A stretch of 64,000 nucleotides of DNA from Candidatus Saccharimonadales bacterium (lineage in GTDB: Bacteria > Patescibacteriota > Saccharimonadia > Saccharimonadales > DASZAF01). The notes beneath the pieces are model-generated. The model made no database searches. It was not told the DNA's origin and saw only the letters and a list, made by a program, of their open reading frames with translations. Positions within the stretch are counted from its first letter, which is position 1. Each line of letters opens with the position of its first letter. Shown here one piece after another: positions 27,510 through 36,632 of the stretch. The position numbers were made by a program, and so were the translations under genes. The stretch lies in NCBI GenBank assembly GCA_035480055.1, contig DATIIB010000003.1:39053-103052 (forward strand). The letters run 5' to 3'.

Positions 27510-28727
27510 ATGGGATATATGGCAAGTCAGCAAAAAATGGTGGCAAAGTTAAAAAATTGGGGCCGAAAATCGGTACCCTTTATAATTGTGGCAGTAATTG
27601 CTTTTGGCATGGGCGTCAAGCTAAGTGGCTTCGACCTTACCTCACTTGAAAGAAATAAAAATAGCAAAGCGCCAGCAGACCTTAACTACACGTCTGTCGA
27701 GCAGTTATACGACCGACTGCGCCAAAAGTATGATGGTAACCTCGACGCGGAAAAACTTATCGACGGCATGAAGAAAGGCTTGGTTGAAGCAACTGGCGAC
27801 CCATATACGACCTACTTTACGCCCAAAGAAAGCCAAGACTTCCAGGATTCGCTCGATGGGAAATTCTCTGGTATTGGTGCCGAGCTTGGCAAAAAGGACG
27901 GCCAGTTGGTGGTGGTTTCTCCTCTGGAAGGCTTCCCAGCTCAAAAAGCAGGCGTGAAGACTGGCGATATTATCTTGCAAGTAAATGGCGAAGATGCCAG
28001 CAAATGGAGCGTTGACCAAGCGGTGAGCAAAATCCGCGGTGATAAAGGCACGACAGTTAAAATTCAAGTGGCTCGCGACCAAAAGCCGCTCGAATTTACC
28101 ATCACCCGCGATGACATCACCATTCCAAGCGTGAAGTACGAAGTAACCAGCGACAACATTGGTTATATGCAAATCTCACGCTTTGCCGAAGACACCGGGG
28201 CATTAGCTCAAAAGGCTGCCGATGAATTCAAGAGCAAGAATGTCAAAGGCGTGGTGCTCGATCTTCGCGGTGATGGCGGTGGTTATCTCGACGCAGCAGT
28301 CTCAGTGTCAAGCTTGTGGCTAGACAACGGCCAGACGGTGGTTCAAGAACGCCAGGGCAACAAAGTTGTTGATACTCTGCAGGCAAAGGGCGGCAATGTG
28401 CTCAAGGGATTTCCAACGGTGGTATTGATTGATGGCGGCTCAGCCAGTGCCAGTGAGATTACTGCTGGTGCGCTCCAAGACACCGCCAATGCCAAACTGG
28501 TCGGCGTCAAAAGCTTTGGAAAGGGCAGCGTTCAAGAGTTGCAAAAACTCAACGACGGATCTGAACTCAAGGTGACGGTAGCTCGCTGGTACACACCAAA
28601 AGGTAAAAACATTGACAAAGAAGGTATCTCGCCTGATATTGAAGTCAAGATGAACGACGACGATGTGGCGGCAAATCGGGACCCGCAAAAAGACCGCTCA
28701 TTCTCTTTCATCAATACTAAGCAATAA
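27510..28727 (+). CDS. ctpA: Carboxy-terminal processing (S41) peptidase with PDZ domain
   Basis: N-terminal TM, PDZ domain (GIGAELG...GFPAQKAGVKTGDIIL) and an S41 core (DLRGDGGGYL, GSASASEI, SFGKGSVQ). Confidence 0.85.
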   Translation: MGYMASQQKMVAKLKNWGRKSVPFIIVAVIAFGMGVKLSGFDLTSLERNKNSKAPADLNYTSVEQLYDRLRQKYDGNLDAEKLIDGMKKGLVEATGDPYTTYFTPKESQDFQDSLDGKFSGIGAELGKKDGQLVVVSPLEGFPAQKAGVKTGDIILQVNGEDASKWSVDQAVSKIRGDKGTTVKIQVARDQKPLEFTITRDDITIPSVKYEVTSDNIGYMQISRFAEDTGALAQKAADEFKSKNVKGVVLDLRGDGGGYLDAAVSVSSLWLDNGQTVVQERQGNKVVDTLQAKGGNVLKGFPTVVLIDGGSASASEITAGALQDTANAKLVGVKSFGKGSVQELQKLNDGSELKVTVARWYTPKGKNIDKEGISPDIEVKMNDDDVAANRDPQKDRSFSFINTKQ

Positions 28728-28733
28728 ACATTG

Positions 28734-28742
28734 TGCTACAAT
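28734..28742 (+). promoter_or_regulatory. Extended -10 (TGCTACAAT) upstream of the receiver-only regulator
   Basis: 21 nt to ATG 28764, with AAGG in between. Confidence 0.4.
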
Positions 28743-28763
28743 GTGAATAATTAAGGCAGATTC

Positions 28764-29144
28764 ATGGACGCTAAAAAGAAAATTCTGTTAGTCGAAGACG
28801 ACGAAGCGCTTGCAAAAGTATATATTGCCCGGCTTGAACTTGAGGGCTTTGAAGTAAAGCACGTCAGCAATGGCGAAGAAGCGCTTTCGGTCGCGGTAAG
28901 CTACAAGCCAGACCTCATTCTGCTTGATGCGATGATGCCCAAGATTACCGGCTTTGATGTGCTTGATATTCTTCGAAACACTCCCGAGACAATGAATGTA
29001 CGTATCATTATGCTGACAGCGCTTAGCCAAGCCAAAGACCGCGAGCGCGCCGAAAAACTTGGTGTTGATGATTACCTGGTGAAGTCGCAAGTCGTGATTA
29101 GCGATGTGATTGAGCGCGTCAAGCATCACCTTGGTATGGAGTAA
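28764..29144 (+). CDS. Single-domain (receiver-only) response regulator
   Basis: 126 aa of CheY-like receiver (LLVEDDE, DLILLDAMMP, ...LVKS) with no output domain. Confidence 0.85.
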   Translation: MDAKKKILLVEDDEALAKVYIARLELEGFEVKHVSNGEEALSVAVSYKPDLILLDAMMPKITGFDVLDILRNTPETMNVRIIMLTALSQAKDRERAEKLGVDDYLVKSQVVISDVIERVKHHLGME

Positions 29145-29173
29145 GAGCTAACGTTTTAGTTTTGTAATTTCCT

Positions 29174-30691
29174 ATGTTTACTGATTTCGCTGGCTTTGAG
29201 CCAGGTGATACTTCCAGTTTTGAGTTCCCTGATGGAGCCCCTCGTCCCGCAGCGCAGGATGGTGCTGCTTCTGATGAGGCGCCGCCCGTCCCACTTGAGG
29301 AGGCACTTGCCGAGGGTTTGTCTCCGGCACTAGTGCTTGATTCCACAGAATCAGCCAGTGGTGAAGTGCTTAAGGGGCCTCTACAGCCAGCAGAAGCAAT
29401 CGGACAATGCGCAGTTGCCGCAAGCGGTGAGGAATCACTTGCACTGATCACAGTCAACATACCTTCCGATAGTGAACCAGGCGATTCGGGTGGTAGCGGA
29501 GCTGAGGATACTGATGGTAGCCCAACAGCTCCCCAGGAGATAGTTATTCCAGAGACCCAAGCCGGAGGTGCAGGAGGCGGAAAGGTGCCAGGAGAGAGGC
29601 TGCCCGCTCCTGGCGAAGAAGGTGGCGAAGGGAATGAAGATGATGGTAGGGAATCAGAAGGCACTGAAGCTGAGCAGCAGGCAGAGCTTCAGGAGCGCCC
29701 CCTATTTCCGGAATTCGATGATACTCAGCCGGAAGTAGGGCCAGAAGACCGAGAATACGTGAGAGGTATTTTTGACTACATTGTGGATAGAAGCATGACT
29801 CGTGCACGTAGTAGTGCTGTACGGATGGAGGGCGAGGAGATTTGGGAAAAAGGTGAAGCGGTAATTACTACCGATGATATCCCCACGGAAGATGGCCGAA
29901 CAGGATTTGTTGCTGAGCACAGAGACCGGGACGAAGAAGTAGTAAGCCGTACGCTCGGTATTTATTGGTCTCATGAAGAGACAGGAATAACACGATATCA
30001 TTACTTCGGAAGAGGTAATGAGGAACCTGAAGTTACCAGAATGGATGAAGGAGGAGGAGGGTCTTCAGAGCGATCAGTTGAGCCAGCGGAAATTGACCGT
30101 CTATGCGAGTATGTTGACCTTAGCGTTGTCGCTGCAAGAATGGGAGCAGAACGCAAAAGGCATCAATTTACACCGGCCCAGTTGCGGAATACTGCAGCAC
30201 ATAGCCAGATCGAAATAGAGACCGTTGAGGTAGCGGACGAACACAAAGCTCCATATGCTATTGCTGGAGTGCTGCGAGCAGGCAACTATACCGAGAGTCT
30301 AGACACGTCTGACCAGTCTTTTGTTCTCCAATTGATTGAGGCACGGGCGGACGCGCACCTGGCTATATATGACAGCACGAATGATGGAAGGCCTGTAATG
30401 GGCATGGTCCAAGTGGGCGACTATACGCAAGAGTTGCATTGTGCTTATAAATACTTTCCACCAGGAAGAGGCCACGGAGAAAGTGTCTGTTCCGTGTTCT
30501 TAACGTATAAGAACCCAGACACACGCCGATCCGAGTTTAGAGAGATCCATAGGAATATCATAGCTGGGCTTTGGTCACATTTGGGACCGAAGGTCTCATC
30601 ATTGGAAGTCTGGGAGACACATGATAATACGCCCGAACAAGGGAAGGCAGTTCGCTATTATCTTCCGCTCGAAGGTCTAAGGTTGAAATAA
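29174..30691 (+). CDS. Hypothetical protein: ~170-aa acidic, disordered N-terminus plus ~330-aa unknown globular region
   Basis: Long ORF with coding-like periodicity. No motif recognised and no signal peptide. Codon usage is atypical for the window (many AGA/AGG/GGA/ATA). Confidence 0.6.
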   Translation: MFTDFAGFEPGDTSSFEFPDGAPRPAAQDGAASDEAPPVPLEEALAEGLSPALVLDSTESASGEVLKGPLQPAEAIGQCAVAASGEESLALITVNIPSDSEPGDSGGSGAEDTDGSPTAPQEIVIPETQAGGAGGGKVPGERLPAPGEEGGEGNEDDGRESEGTEAEQQAELQERPLFPEFDDTQPEVGPEDREYVRGIFDYIVDRSMTRARSSAVRMEGEEIWEKGEAVITTDDIPTEDGRTGFVAEHRDRDEEVVSRTLGIYWSHEETGITRYHYFGRGNEEPEVTRMDEGGGGSSERSVEPAEIDRLCEYVDLSVVAARMGAERKRHQFTPAQLRNTAAHSQIEIETVEVADEHKAPYAIAGVLRAGNYTESLDTSDQSFVLQLIEARADAHLAIYDSTNDGRPVMGMVQVGDYTQELHCAYKYFPPGRGHGESVCSVFLTYKNPDTRRSEFREIHRNIIAGLWSHLGPKVSSLEVWETHDNTPEQGKAVRYYLPLEGLRLK

Positions 30692-30695
30692 AAAA

Positions 30696-30730
30696 CAGCG
30701 CTCCTCGTGACGAAAAGCGCTGCGTATTTT
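30696..30730. terminator. Bidirectional intrinsic terminator between the convergent orphan gene and rpmA
   Basis: Stem CAGCGCT (30696-702)/AGCGCTG (30716-22), flanked by an upstream A-run (30689-95) and downstream CGTATTTT. Confidence 0.65.
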
Positions 30731-30751
30731 AGCTAATGTTTATTTGTAGTT

Positions 30752-31024
30752 TTATTCTACCACGACTTGTGTGCGTGTAGTGGTTTTTCCGGTAAATTTG
30801 CGGACTTTAATTTTGCGGAAGCCAACCACGCCATCTTTGGCAGCGTGAATGGTGAAGTTTCGGCTCATAAAAGTGCCGTCACCAGCGCGTTTGGTCTGGC
30901 CGATTTGGCGAACAATCACTTGGCCTTCCAAAACTTTTTGGCCGCCGTAAAGCTTGACGCCAAGGCGTTGTCCGGGAGAGTCTTTGGTATTCTTGGCGGA
31001 GCCCGCCGCTTTTACGTGTGACAT
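30752..31024 (-). CDS. rpmA: 50S ribosomal protein L27
   Basis: 90 aa; MSHVKAAGSAKNTKDSPGQRLGVKLYGGQ matches the conserved L27 N-terminus. A GAGGAAA SD lies inside the upstream gene end. Confidence 0.9.
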   Translation of the reverse strand: MSHVKAAGSAKNTKDSPGQRLGVKLYGGQKVLEGQVIVRQIGQTKRAGDGTFMSRNFTIHAAKDGVVGFRKIKVRKFTGKTTTRTQVVVE

Positions 31025-31025
31025 A

Positions 31026-32198
31026 TTATTTCCTCGTTAGTACTAACAGCTCACGAGCAACGATCTGATCGTGACGATGATAGATCAAATCTTGATCGCT
31101 CGCATGCTCAAAACTTATCCGATTATACCCGAGTTCCTCGAGTTGGTCAATAACTGGCAGGTGGTGAAAACGGTTTTGGACAAACCACGCCGGAATTGCG
31201 ACGCACAGGCGAGTGCCAGGCGTAAGTTGCGGCTGTAGGTTTTTAAGAAAACCGGTGGTGATTTGATTGCAGCCATGCATAATTTCTTGCAGTTTTTCTG
31301 ACGAAGGAACAGAGGTCAGCGGCTGACCGAGATAGGTTTCGCAGACCACGCGGTCGAGCGGGGGAGTCCACTGCAAGGTTTGGGCATCACCTGGGTCTAG
31401 TTTTATGGCGACATCGGTCAAATGGTATTTCTCGCGCAGCCATTCCAAATTTGTACGCGAAAAATCAATCATTTTTTGCTCAATATCGGTGCCATAGACT
31501 TTGCAGCCTAGCAAAATTGCTTCTTGCAAAACCACGCCGGTGCCACAAAAAGGATCAAGGACAACGTCACCCGGCTGTGTTTGGGCAAAGTGCAACATCA
31601 TTTGGGCGAGCTTGGGCGGCAGCATGCCTACGAATCCGCTCCGTTTGGGGCGGCCATAGTCGCGGTCGCTATACTCGTCGATGTTTTGGACCGAAATGGT
31701 GCGCGCCACAACCAGCGTGCCTTTATAGCTGACCATCAAAAGCTCGATATTGCGGGCATCGGTCAAGCGGTTATGCAACACTTGGGCGGTGTTGAGCTCG
31801 GCGGTTTTATTGGGCACCACTCGCACCGAACGACCGGCAGCTTTGGCAATTTTTTTAAGCGAAAAAGCACGTTTTTGCAGCATTGCCACAGGGATATTAC
31901 TGAGCGTGCCGTAGGCGCTGATGCCGAGCGAGATTTTGCCTTCGGGAAGATCAGCAACATGACCGCTGAGCCACTCACGGGCGGCATCGAAACCTTGGTC
32001 TGGCTTGGCATCTGCGAGCTGAGCGATTACTTCGCCAATTTTGAGTGTGCCTCCAAGCCGGGCTTGTTCCAGGGTGTGTGCGGTGTCGTCGACCAGCGCG
32101 GTGGTAGGGCTCAGACGGGTAATTGCGGCCGCGCCAACTTGCGCTTCAAGCTCCGCAAGCGACAGGGCAGGTTGACGACCAAGTATACATAGTTTCAT
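31026..32198 (-). CDS. Class I SAM-dependent (RNA/N6-adenine type) methyltransferase, UPF0020/Trm11-like
   Basis: 390 aa with SAM motif I VLDPFCGTGVVLQEA in the C-terminal half and an N-terminal substrate-binding-like domain. Its stop lies 1 nt from the rpmA start. Confidence 0.55.
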   Translation of the reverse strand: MKLCILGRQPALSLAELEAQVGAAAITRLSPTTALVDDTAHTLEQARLGGTLKIGEVIAQLADAKPDQGFDAAREWLSGHVADLPEGKISLGISAYGTLSNIPVAMLQKRAFSLKKIAKAAGRSVRVVPNKTAELNTAQVLHNRLTDARNIELLMVSYKGTLVVARTISVQNIDEYSDRDYGRPKRSGFVGMLPPKLAQMMLHFAQTQPGDVVLDPFCGTGVVLQEAILLGCKVYGTDIEQKMIDFSRTNLEWLREKYHLTDVAIKLDPGDAQTLQWTPPLDRVVCETYLGQPLTSVPSSEKLQEIMHGCNQITTGFLKNLQPQLTPGTRLCVAIPAWFVQNRFHHLPVIDQLEELGYNRISFEHASDQDLIYHRHDQIVARELLVLTRK

Positions 32199-32207
32199 AT
32201 ATTCTCC

Positions 32208-32213
32208 ATTATA
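32208..32213 (-). promoter_or_regulatory. -10 TATAAT (minus strand), 9 nt from the methyltransferase ATG (32198)
   Basis: The minus strand reads TTTACAGAGTATAATGGAGAATATATG. Confidence 0.45.
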
Positions 32214-32270
32214 CTCTGTAAAGGCCCAAAACCCCTAGCCCTTGCACTGGCCTGAAGCGAACGCAAATAG

Positions 32271-32276
32271 TATAAT
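32271..32276 (+). promoter_or_regulatory. -10 TATAAT, 7 nt from ATG 32284
   Basis: TATAAT at 32271-76. Confidence 0.5.
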
Positions 32277-32283
32277 CGTCACA

Positions 32284-33291
32284 ATGAAGCTCCGTGCCTG
32301 GATTAACGTTATTACGCTTGTCGCGCTTGTCGTGGTGGTGATTTTGACGCGGCACCAATTTACCCAAGTCTTTGCCAACCTCCATCAACTCAGTTTGATA
32401 GCAGTGGTAGCGCTGGTTTGCATTGAATTTTATAATTTTTATACCAATGCCAAAATGTACCAGGAGTACCTGAAGGCGTTAGGCGAGAAGGTGGGAACGC
32501 TTGATTTATTTACGATCTCGCTGGAGCTCAACTTCGTGAATTTGGTTTTTCCAAGTGGCGGGTTTTCGGGCTTTTCGTATTTTTCGATGCGTCTGAAGCC
32601 CCAAGGCGTATCAACTGCCAAGTCAACCATGGTGCAGGCCGCACGTTTTGGACTGCTGTTTACCACCTTTTTACCGCTGCTGTTGCTGGGCATGTTTGTG
32701 CTGGCTGTTGCGGGCCGGGCGAGTCACCTGACGATTTTGATTGGCTCGTCGATCACCACATTAACAGTGGTCGGAAGCTTGTTGGCGCTGTATATTGTGA
32801 GCAGCGAGACACGCATTCGATCCTTTACGCTTTTTCTGCCCAAGATGATCAATTATGTGACGCGAGCGTTGCACCGGCGCAACCGAGAACTGATTGACAT
32901 TGCCAAAGTCGAAAAAGTGCTCAAAGAATTGCACGAAGATTATCTCTTGATCGCCAAAGACGCAGGCAAACTAAAGAAAGCTTTTTTTTGGGCATTTATG
33001 GGCAACTTTACCGAGTTGGCGGTGATTTACTTGGCGTTCGTAGCCTATGGACATTGGATTAATCCTGGCGCACTGGTGATCGGGTATGCGATTGCCAATT
33101 TTGCAGGCGTGATGTCGCTCTTTGGTGGTGTGGGCGTGTACGAATTCTTAATGACTTCAGTGATGGCTTCGGCCGGCGTGCCAGCGGCCTTGGCGCTCTC
33201 GGCGACCATTTTATACCGCGTGCTCAACATGGTGATTTTTGTGCCAATCGGCTACGCGCTCTACCGGCGCAACTTTTTGAAAGCAAAATAA
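32284..33291 (+). CDS. Integral membrane protein, lysylphosphatidylglycerol-synthase-TM/flippase-like (UPF0104) family
   Basis: About 8 TM helices with a central cytoplasmic loop; overall resemblance to the LPG_synthase_TM family. Assignment by pattern only. Confidence 0.5.
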   Translation: MKLRAWINVITLVALVVVVILTRHQFTQVFANLHQLSLIAVVALVCIEFYNFYTNAKMYQEYLKALGEKVGTLDLFTISLELNFVNLVFPSGGFSGFSYFSMRLKPQGVSTAKSTMVQAARFGLLFTTFLPLLLLGMFVLAVAGRASHLTILIGSSITTLTVVGSLLALYIVSSETRIRSFTLFLPKMINYVTRALHRRNRELIDIAKVEKVLKELHEDYLLIAKDAGKLKKAFFWAFMGNFTELAVIYLAFVAYGHWINPGALVIGYAIANFAGVMSLFGGVGVYEFLMTSVMASAGVPAALALSATILYRVLNMVIFVPIGYALYRRNFLKAK

Positions 33292-34478
33292 TGGAGGATC
33301 TGGTCCTTACTCCAGCCGAATGTGTCGCGCTGATCAACCAAACGCTAGAGATTGCGTACCCCACGGTCTTAGTGGAAGGTGAGGTCGCTTCGTTTAAATA
33401 CAACCGCGATAAATATGTCTTTTTTGATATTAAAGATGACGAAGCTACCCTGGGTTGTTTTATGATGGCCTTTCAGTTGCGTACACCGCTGGAAGATGGC
33501 ATGCGGGTAAAAGTGTTGGCTGAACCGCGGTTGACGCGCTGGGGGAAGTTCAGTCTGACAATTCGCCAAGTAATGCCCGTGGGTGAGGGGAGTATCAAGC
33601 GAGCGTTTGAGATGTTGCGAGCCAAGCTGGAGCTGGAAGGGTTGCTGGATGCGGCACGTAAACGATCGTTGCCAGCCTTGCCGCGGCGGATCGGAGTGAT
33701 TAGTTCGATTGAATCAGCAGGCTATGCAGACTTTGCCAAGATTGTGAATGCTCGGTGGGGTGGACTAACCATTCAGGTTGCTGATGTGCAGGTTCAGGGG
33801 CTGCCAGCGGTGGAGCAGAACATTGCGGCCATTCAGTATTTTAACCAGCAGGCTGATCCAGTTGATGTGCTGGTGATTATCCGCGGCGGCGGCAGTGCCG
33901 ATGATTTGGCCGCCTACAACGATGAACTATTGGTGCGGGCAATTGCCGCCAGCCGTATTCCAACTTTGGTGGGCGTGGGCCACGAGGTCGATACCTCGCT
34001 CGCGGATCTGGTCGCTGATGTACGAGCCGCCACGCCAAGCAATGCTGCGCAATTGGTCGTGCCTGACCGACGGGAGTTGTTGGCCCACATTGAAGCAACT
34101 CGCCAGCGACTGTCGCGTCAAATCGCTGGATATCACAACCTGCAGCGGCAACATATCAGCCATGCGCAGCAGCGCATTGCGCAGGCGGTCGACTTTGGCC
34201 ACGCCAGATTGCAACTTGGCCACACTACGGAGCGTCTGGCTTCGCGGCAACGCCATGTGATGGAGCAAGTTCGGCAACGCTTGCTCGGGAACGTGCGGAG
34301 TTTGCGTCAACTTGACCCCCAAACAGTGCTGCGTCGCGGGTATGCTTTAGTGCGAAACGCCGACGACACCTGCATAGCCTCTGGCCAAAAGCTTCATGTT
34401 GGCGATATGATACAAGTGGAATTCACCGATTCAGTAGTGCAAAGCGAGGTACACCATGTCCGATCCAAAACCACCTAA
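33291..34478 (+). CDS. xseA: Exodeoxyribonuclease VII large subunit
   Basis: N-terminal OB fold (VEGEVASFKYNRDKYVFFDIKD), catalytic core (GVISSIESAGYADF, IIRGGGSADDL) and a C-terminal helical region. Confidence 0.85.
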   Translation: MEDLVLTPAECVALINQTLEIAYPTVLVEGEVASFKYNRDKYVFFDIKDDEATLGCFMMAFQLRTPLEDGMRVKVLAEPRLTRWGKFSLTIRQVMPVGEGSIKRAFEMLRAKLELEGLLDAARKRSLPALPRRIGVISSIESAGYADFAKIVNARWGGLTIQVADVQVQGLPAVEQNIAAIQYFNQQADPVDVLVIIRGGGSADDLAAYNDELLVRAIAASRIPTLVGVGHEVDTSLADLVADVRAATPSNAAQLVVPDRRELLAHIEATRQRLSRQIAGYHNLQRQHISHAQQRIAQAVDFGHARLQLGHTTERLASRQRHVMEQVRQRLLGNVRSLRQLDPQTVLRRGYALVRNADDTCIASGQKLHVGDMIQVEFTDSVVQSEVHHVRSKTT

Positions 34479-34674
34479 AGCAACTTACGAAGAAAAACTG
34501 GCCGAGCTAGAAGCCATCATGGAATGGTTTGATTCCGATGCGGTAACTCTGGATGCCAGCATGAAACAGTTTGAGCGCGGTATGAAACTGGCCGAGGAAC
34601 TTGAGAAAGAACTACGGTCGGCCGAAAATCGCGTCGAGCAGATCAAGCAGAAATTCACCAAGGCAAACGGATAG
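34456..34674 (+). CDS. xseB: Exodeoxyribonuclease VII small subunit
   Basis: 72 aa; YEEKLAELEAIM..LD.S...FERG..L pattern. Overlaps xseA by 23 nt. Confidence 0.85.
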   Translation: MSDPKPPKATYEEKLAELEAIMEWFDSDAVTLDASMKQFERGMKLAEELEKELRSAENRVEQIKQKFTKANG

Positions 34675-34678
34675 ACAT

Positions 34679-35182
34679 ATGATTTTTTGGATAGTTTGTG
34701 CGGTAATACTATTGTTTGCTTTTGTGATTTTCTTTGGCGCGCCGTATCTACCAACCAAGCGGCATCAGGTGGCAGTGGCTTTGGAACTCTTGCAGGTTCG
34801 GGCCGGCGCGACCATTGTGGATTTGGGCTCGGGAGACGGCATCCTTTTAAAAGCCGCCGCCCGGCAGGGTGCAGTGGTGTATGGATACGAGCTCAACCCA
34901 ATTCTGTGTGCGGTTTCGTGGCTGCGATGTCTTCGCTATCGCCAGCAGGTGCACATTCGCTGTGCTAATTTTTGGCACGTGGAATTGCCTGCTGACACCA
35001 CTGGCGTGTATATCTTCCTTCTACATCGCTACATGAAACGGCTTGATGACAAGATGACTACCGAAGCCAAACGGCTCGGACACACGGTGCAACTGGCCAG
35101 TTTTACCTTTGCCATTCCAGGCAAACAGGCGGCGGCGGTGCGTGACGGGGTGTTTTTATATACCTATTCGGGCAAGCATTAG
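34679..35182 (+). CDS. Membrane-anchored class I SAM-dependent methyltransferase
   Basis: N-terminal TM helix followed by motif I IVDLGSGDGILL and YGYELNP. Confidence 0.6.
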   Translation: MIFWIVCAVILLFAFVIFFGAPYLPTKRHQVAVALELLQVRAGATIVDLGSGDGILLKAAARQGAVVYGYELNPILCAVSWLRCLRYRQQVHIRCANFWHVELPADTTGVYIFLLHRYMKRLDDKMTTEAKRLGHTVQLASFTFAIPGKQAAAVRDGVFLYTYSGKH

Positions 35183-35239
35183 CTTTACAAATTGCCCCTT
35201 AGTCTCGTAAGATATGGATAAGATGAAAAGGATTGTACG

Positions 35240-35893
35240 ATGAAGTCTCGTGAAGCTGGCATCCTCAATGTGCTATTAGTTCCAGTAATTGTGCTTTGTA
35301 TTCTTGCTGCTGGCGTGACCGCCTTTGGCGCGTGGTCGTATACCAAATATCAGGATTACAAAAATAATACTGATCAAAAGGTAGCAGCGGCCGTCACCGA
35401 TGCCAAACAAAAGCAGCAGACGGAACTTGCAGCCCAATTTGCCGAACAAGCCAAATCGCCGACGCGCAAATTTAGTGGGCCAGAACAACTCGGCACCGTT
35501 GGGGTAACTTATCCCAAGACCTGGAGCGTGTATGTCGGCCAGGACGGCAGTACGGACAACCAGTTTGAAGCCTACTTCAATCCTGATGTCGTGCCACCAA
35601 TTACCGATCACAAATATACATATGCGCTGCGCATTACCATTCAACAACGCGATTACGCTGACTTTTTGAAGACGTTTGATTCGCAAATTCAGAAGGGTCT
35701 TCTAAAGGCTACTCCCATCAAGCTGCAATCTGGCGAAGGAATGCGCCTGGACGGTACCTTCGTGAATAAGACCGAAGGTGCAATGGTGCTCTTTGCACTC
35801 CGCGACAAGGTGGTGCAAGTGTATACCGAGTCCAAAGAATTTGTCCCTGACTTTGATAAAACAATTCTTCCCACGCTGACGTTTATCCCATAG
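35240..35893 (+). CDS. Hypothetical membrane-anchored extracytoplasmic protein
   Basis: One N-terminal TM, a coiled linker and a ~140-aa beta-rich domain. No family recognised with confidence. Confidence 0.6.
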   Translation: MKSREAGILNVLLVPVIVLCILAAGVTAFGAWSYTKYQDYKNNTDQKVAAAVTDAKQKQQTELAAQFAEQAKSPTRKFSGPEQLGTVGVTYPKTWSVYVGQDGSTDNQFEAYFNPDVVPPITDHKYTYALRITIQQRDYADFLKTFDSQIQKGLLKATPIKLQSGEGMRLDGTFVNKTEGAMVLFALRDKVVQVYTESKEFVPDFDKTILPTLTFIP

Positions 35894-35937
35894 TGCGTTG
35901 TCTGCTACACTTGTAGGAGAAGGGTAGAGTTTTACGC

Positions 35938-36630
35938 GTGCAACCAATTTCGCCACTAACCGCTACTGCGCATGAACTTAAATCGCCGCTGACACTGGTC
36001 AGTGGCCTTTCTGCGACGCTTTTGGCCGAAGGTGAGCCGCTCAGCCTTCGCCAACGTGAATACTTGGAGCGGATCCTTCTCTCGAGTGATCGCATGCTGC
36101 GCGTAGTGCAAGGACTGGTGGACGCGTACCGGGTGGAGCAGGCCTCGTTTCAACTAGCACTTGAGCCGGTGAATGTGCGTCAGGTTGCCGAAGAGGTGGC
36201 GCACGAGTTATATCCTTACAGCCAAAAACTTGGCCAAACGGTGAGCGTTCGTGTGCGCCGCCAGACTACTTTGGTGGTCGCCAATCGTTTATTGCTGAAC
36301 GAAGCACTGTTTAATCTAGTGGACAACGCTTTAAAGCATAGTCGAGGCAGCGAGGTGATCATCGGTGGCCGCTTGCAAAAAGAACACACCAGGCTGTCGG
36401 TGGCTAACGACGGCGCACAACTGAGCGAAGCCGACTTCCAACAGCTTGAAAGGCGTCTCGGCGGCGAGGCTCAGCCACTCCGCGCGCAAGGAAACAGTAG
36501 TGGCATTGGCTTGTACATTGTGCGGCAGCTTATCACCGCCATGGGCGGCAAGCTTGGCTTGGAGCGCGCTACCAGCGGTACCAGCATCTACCTCGACCTC
36601 TTTACCTCTACACAACTCCAACTTTTTTAA
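35938..36630 (+). CDS. Minimal soluble histidine kinase (DHp + CA only)
   Basis: H-box HELKSPL starts at residue 12. N-box LVDNALKHS, G1 ANDG and G2 GIGLYIV are present. An in-frame TAG 4 codons upstream of the GTG start rules out a longer N-terminus. Confidence 0.75.
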   Translation: MQPISPLTATAHELKSPLTLVSGLSATLLAEGEPLSLRQREYLERILLSSDRMLRVVQGLVDAYRVEQASFQLALEPVNVRQVAEEVAHELYPYSQKLGQTVSVRVRRQTTLVVANRLLLNEALFNLVDNALKHSRGSEVIIGGRLQKEHTRLSVANDGAQLSEADFQQLERRLGGEAQPLRAQGNSSGIGLYIVRQLITAMGGKLGLERATSGTSIYLDLFTSTQLQLF

Positions 36631-36632
36631 CC

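Noticed and set aside
29119-29664. 181-aa Pro/Ser-rich minus-strand ORF
   Set aside because: It is the antisense shadow of the acidic low-complexity N-terminus of the 505-aa ORF; the GAx/GGx-rich sense strand gives a P/S-rich antisense frame.
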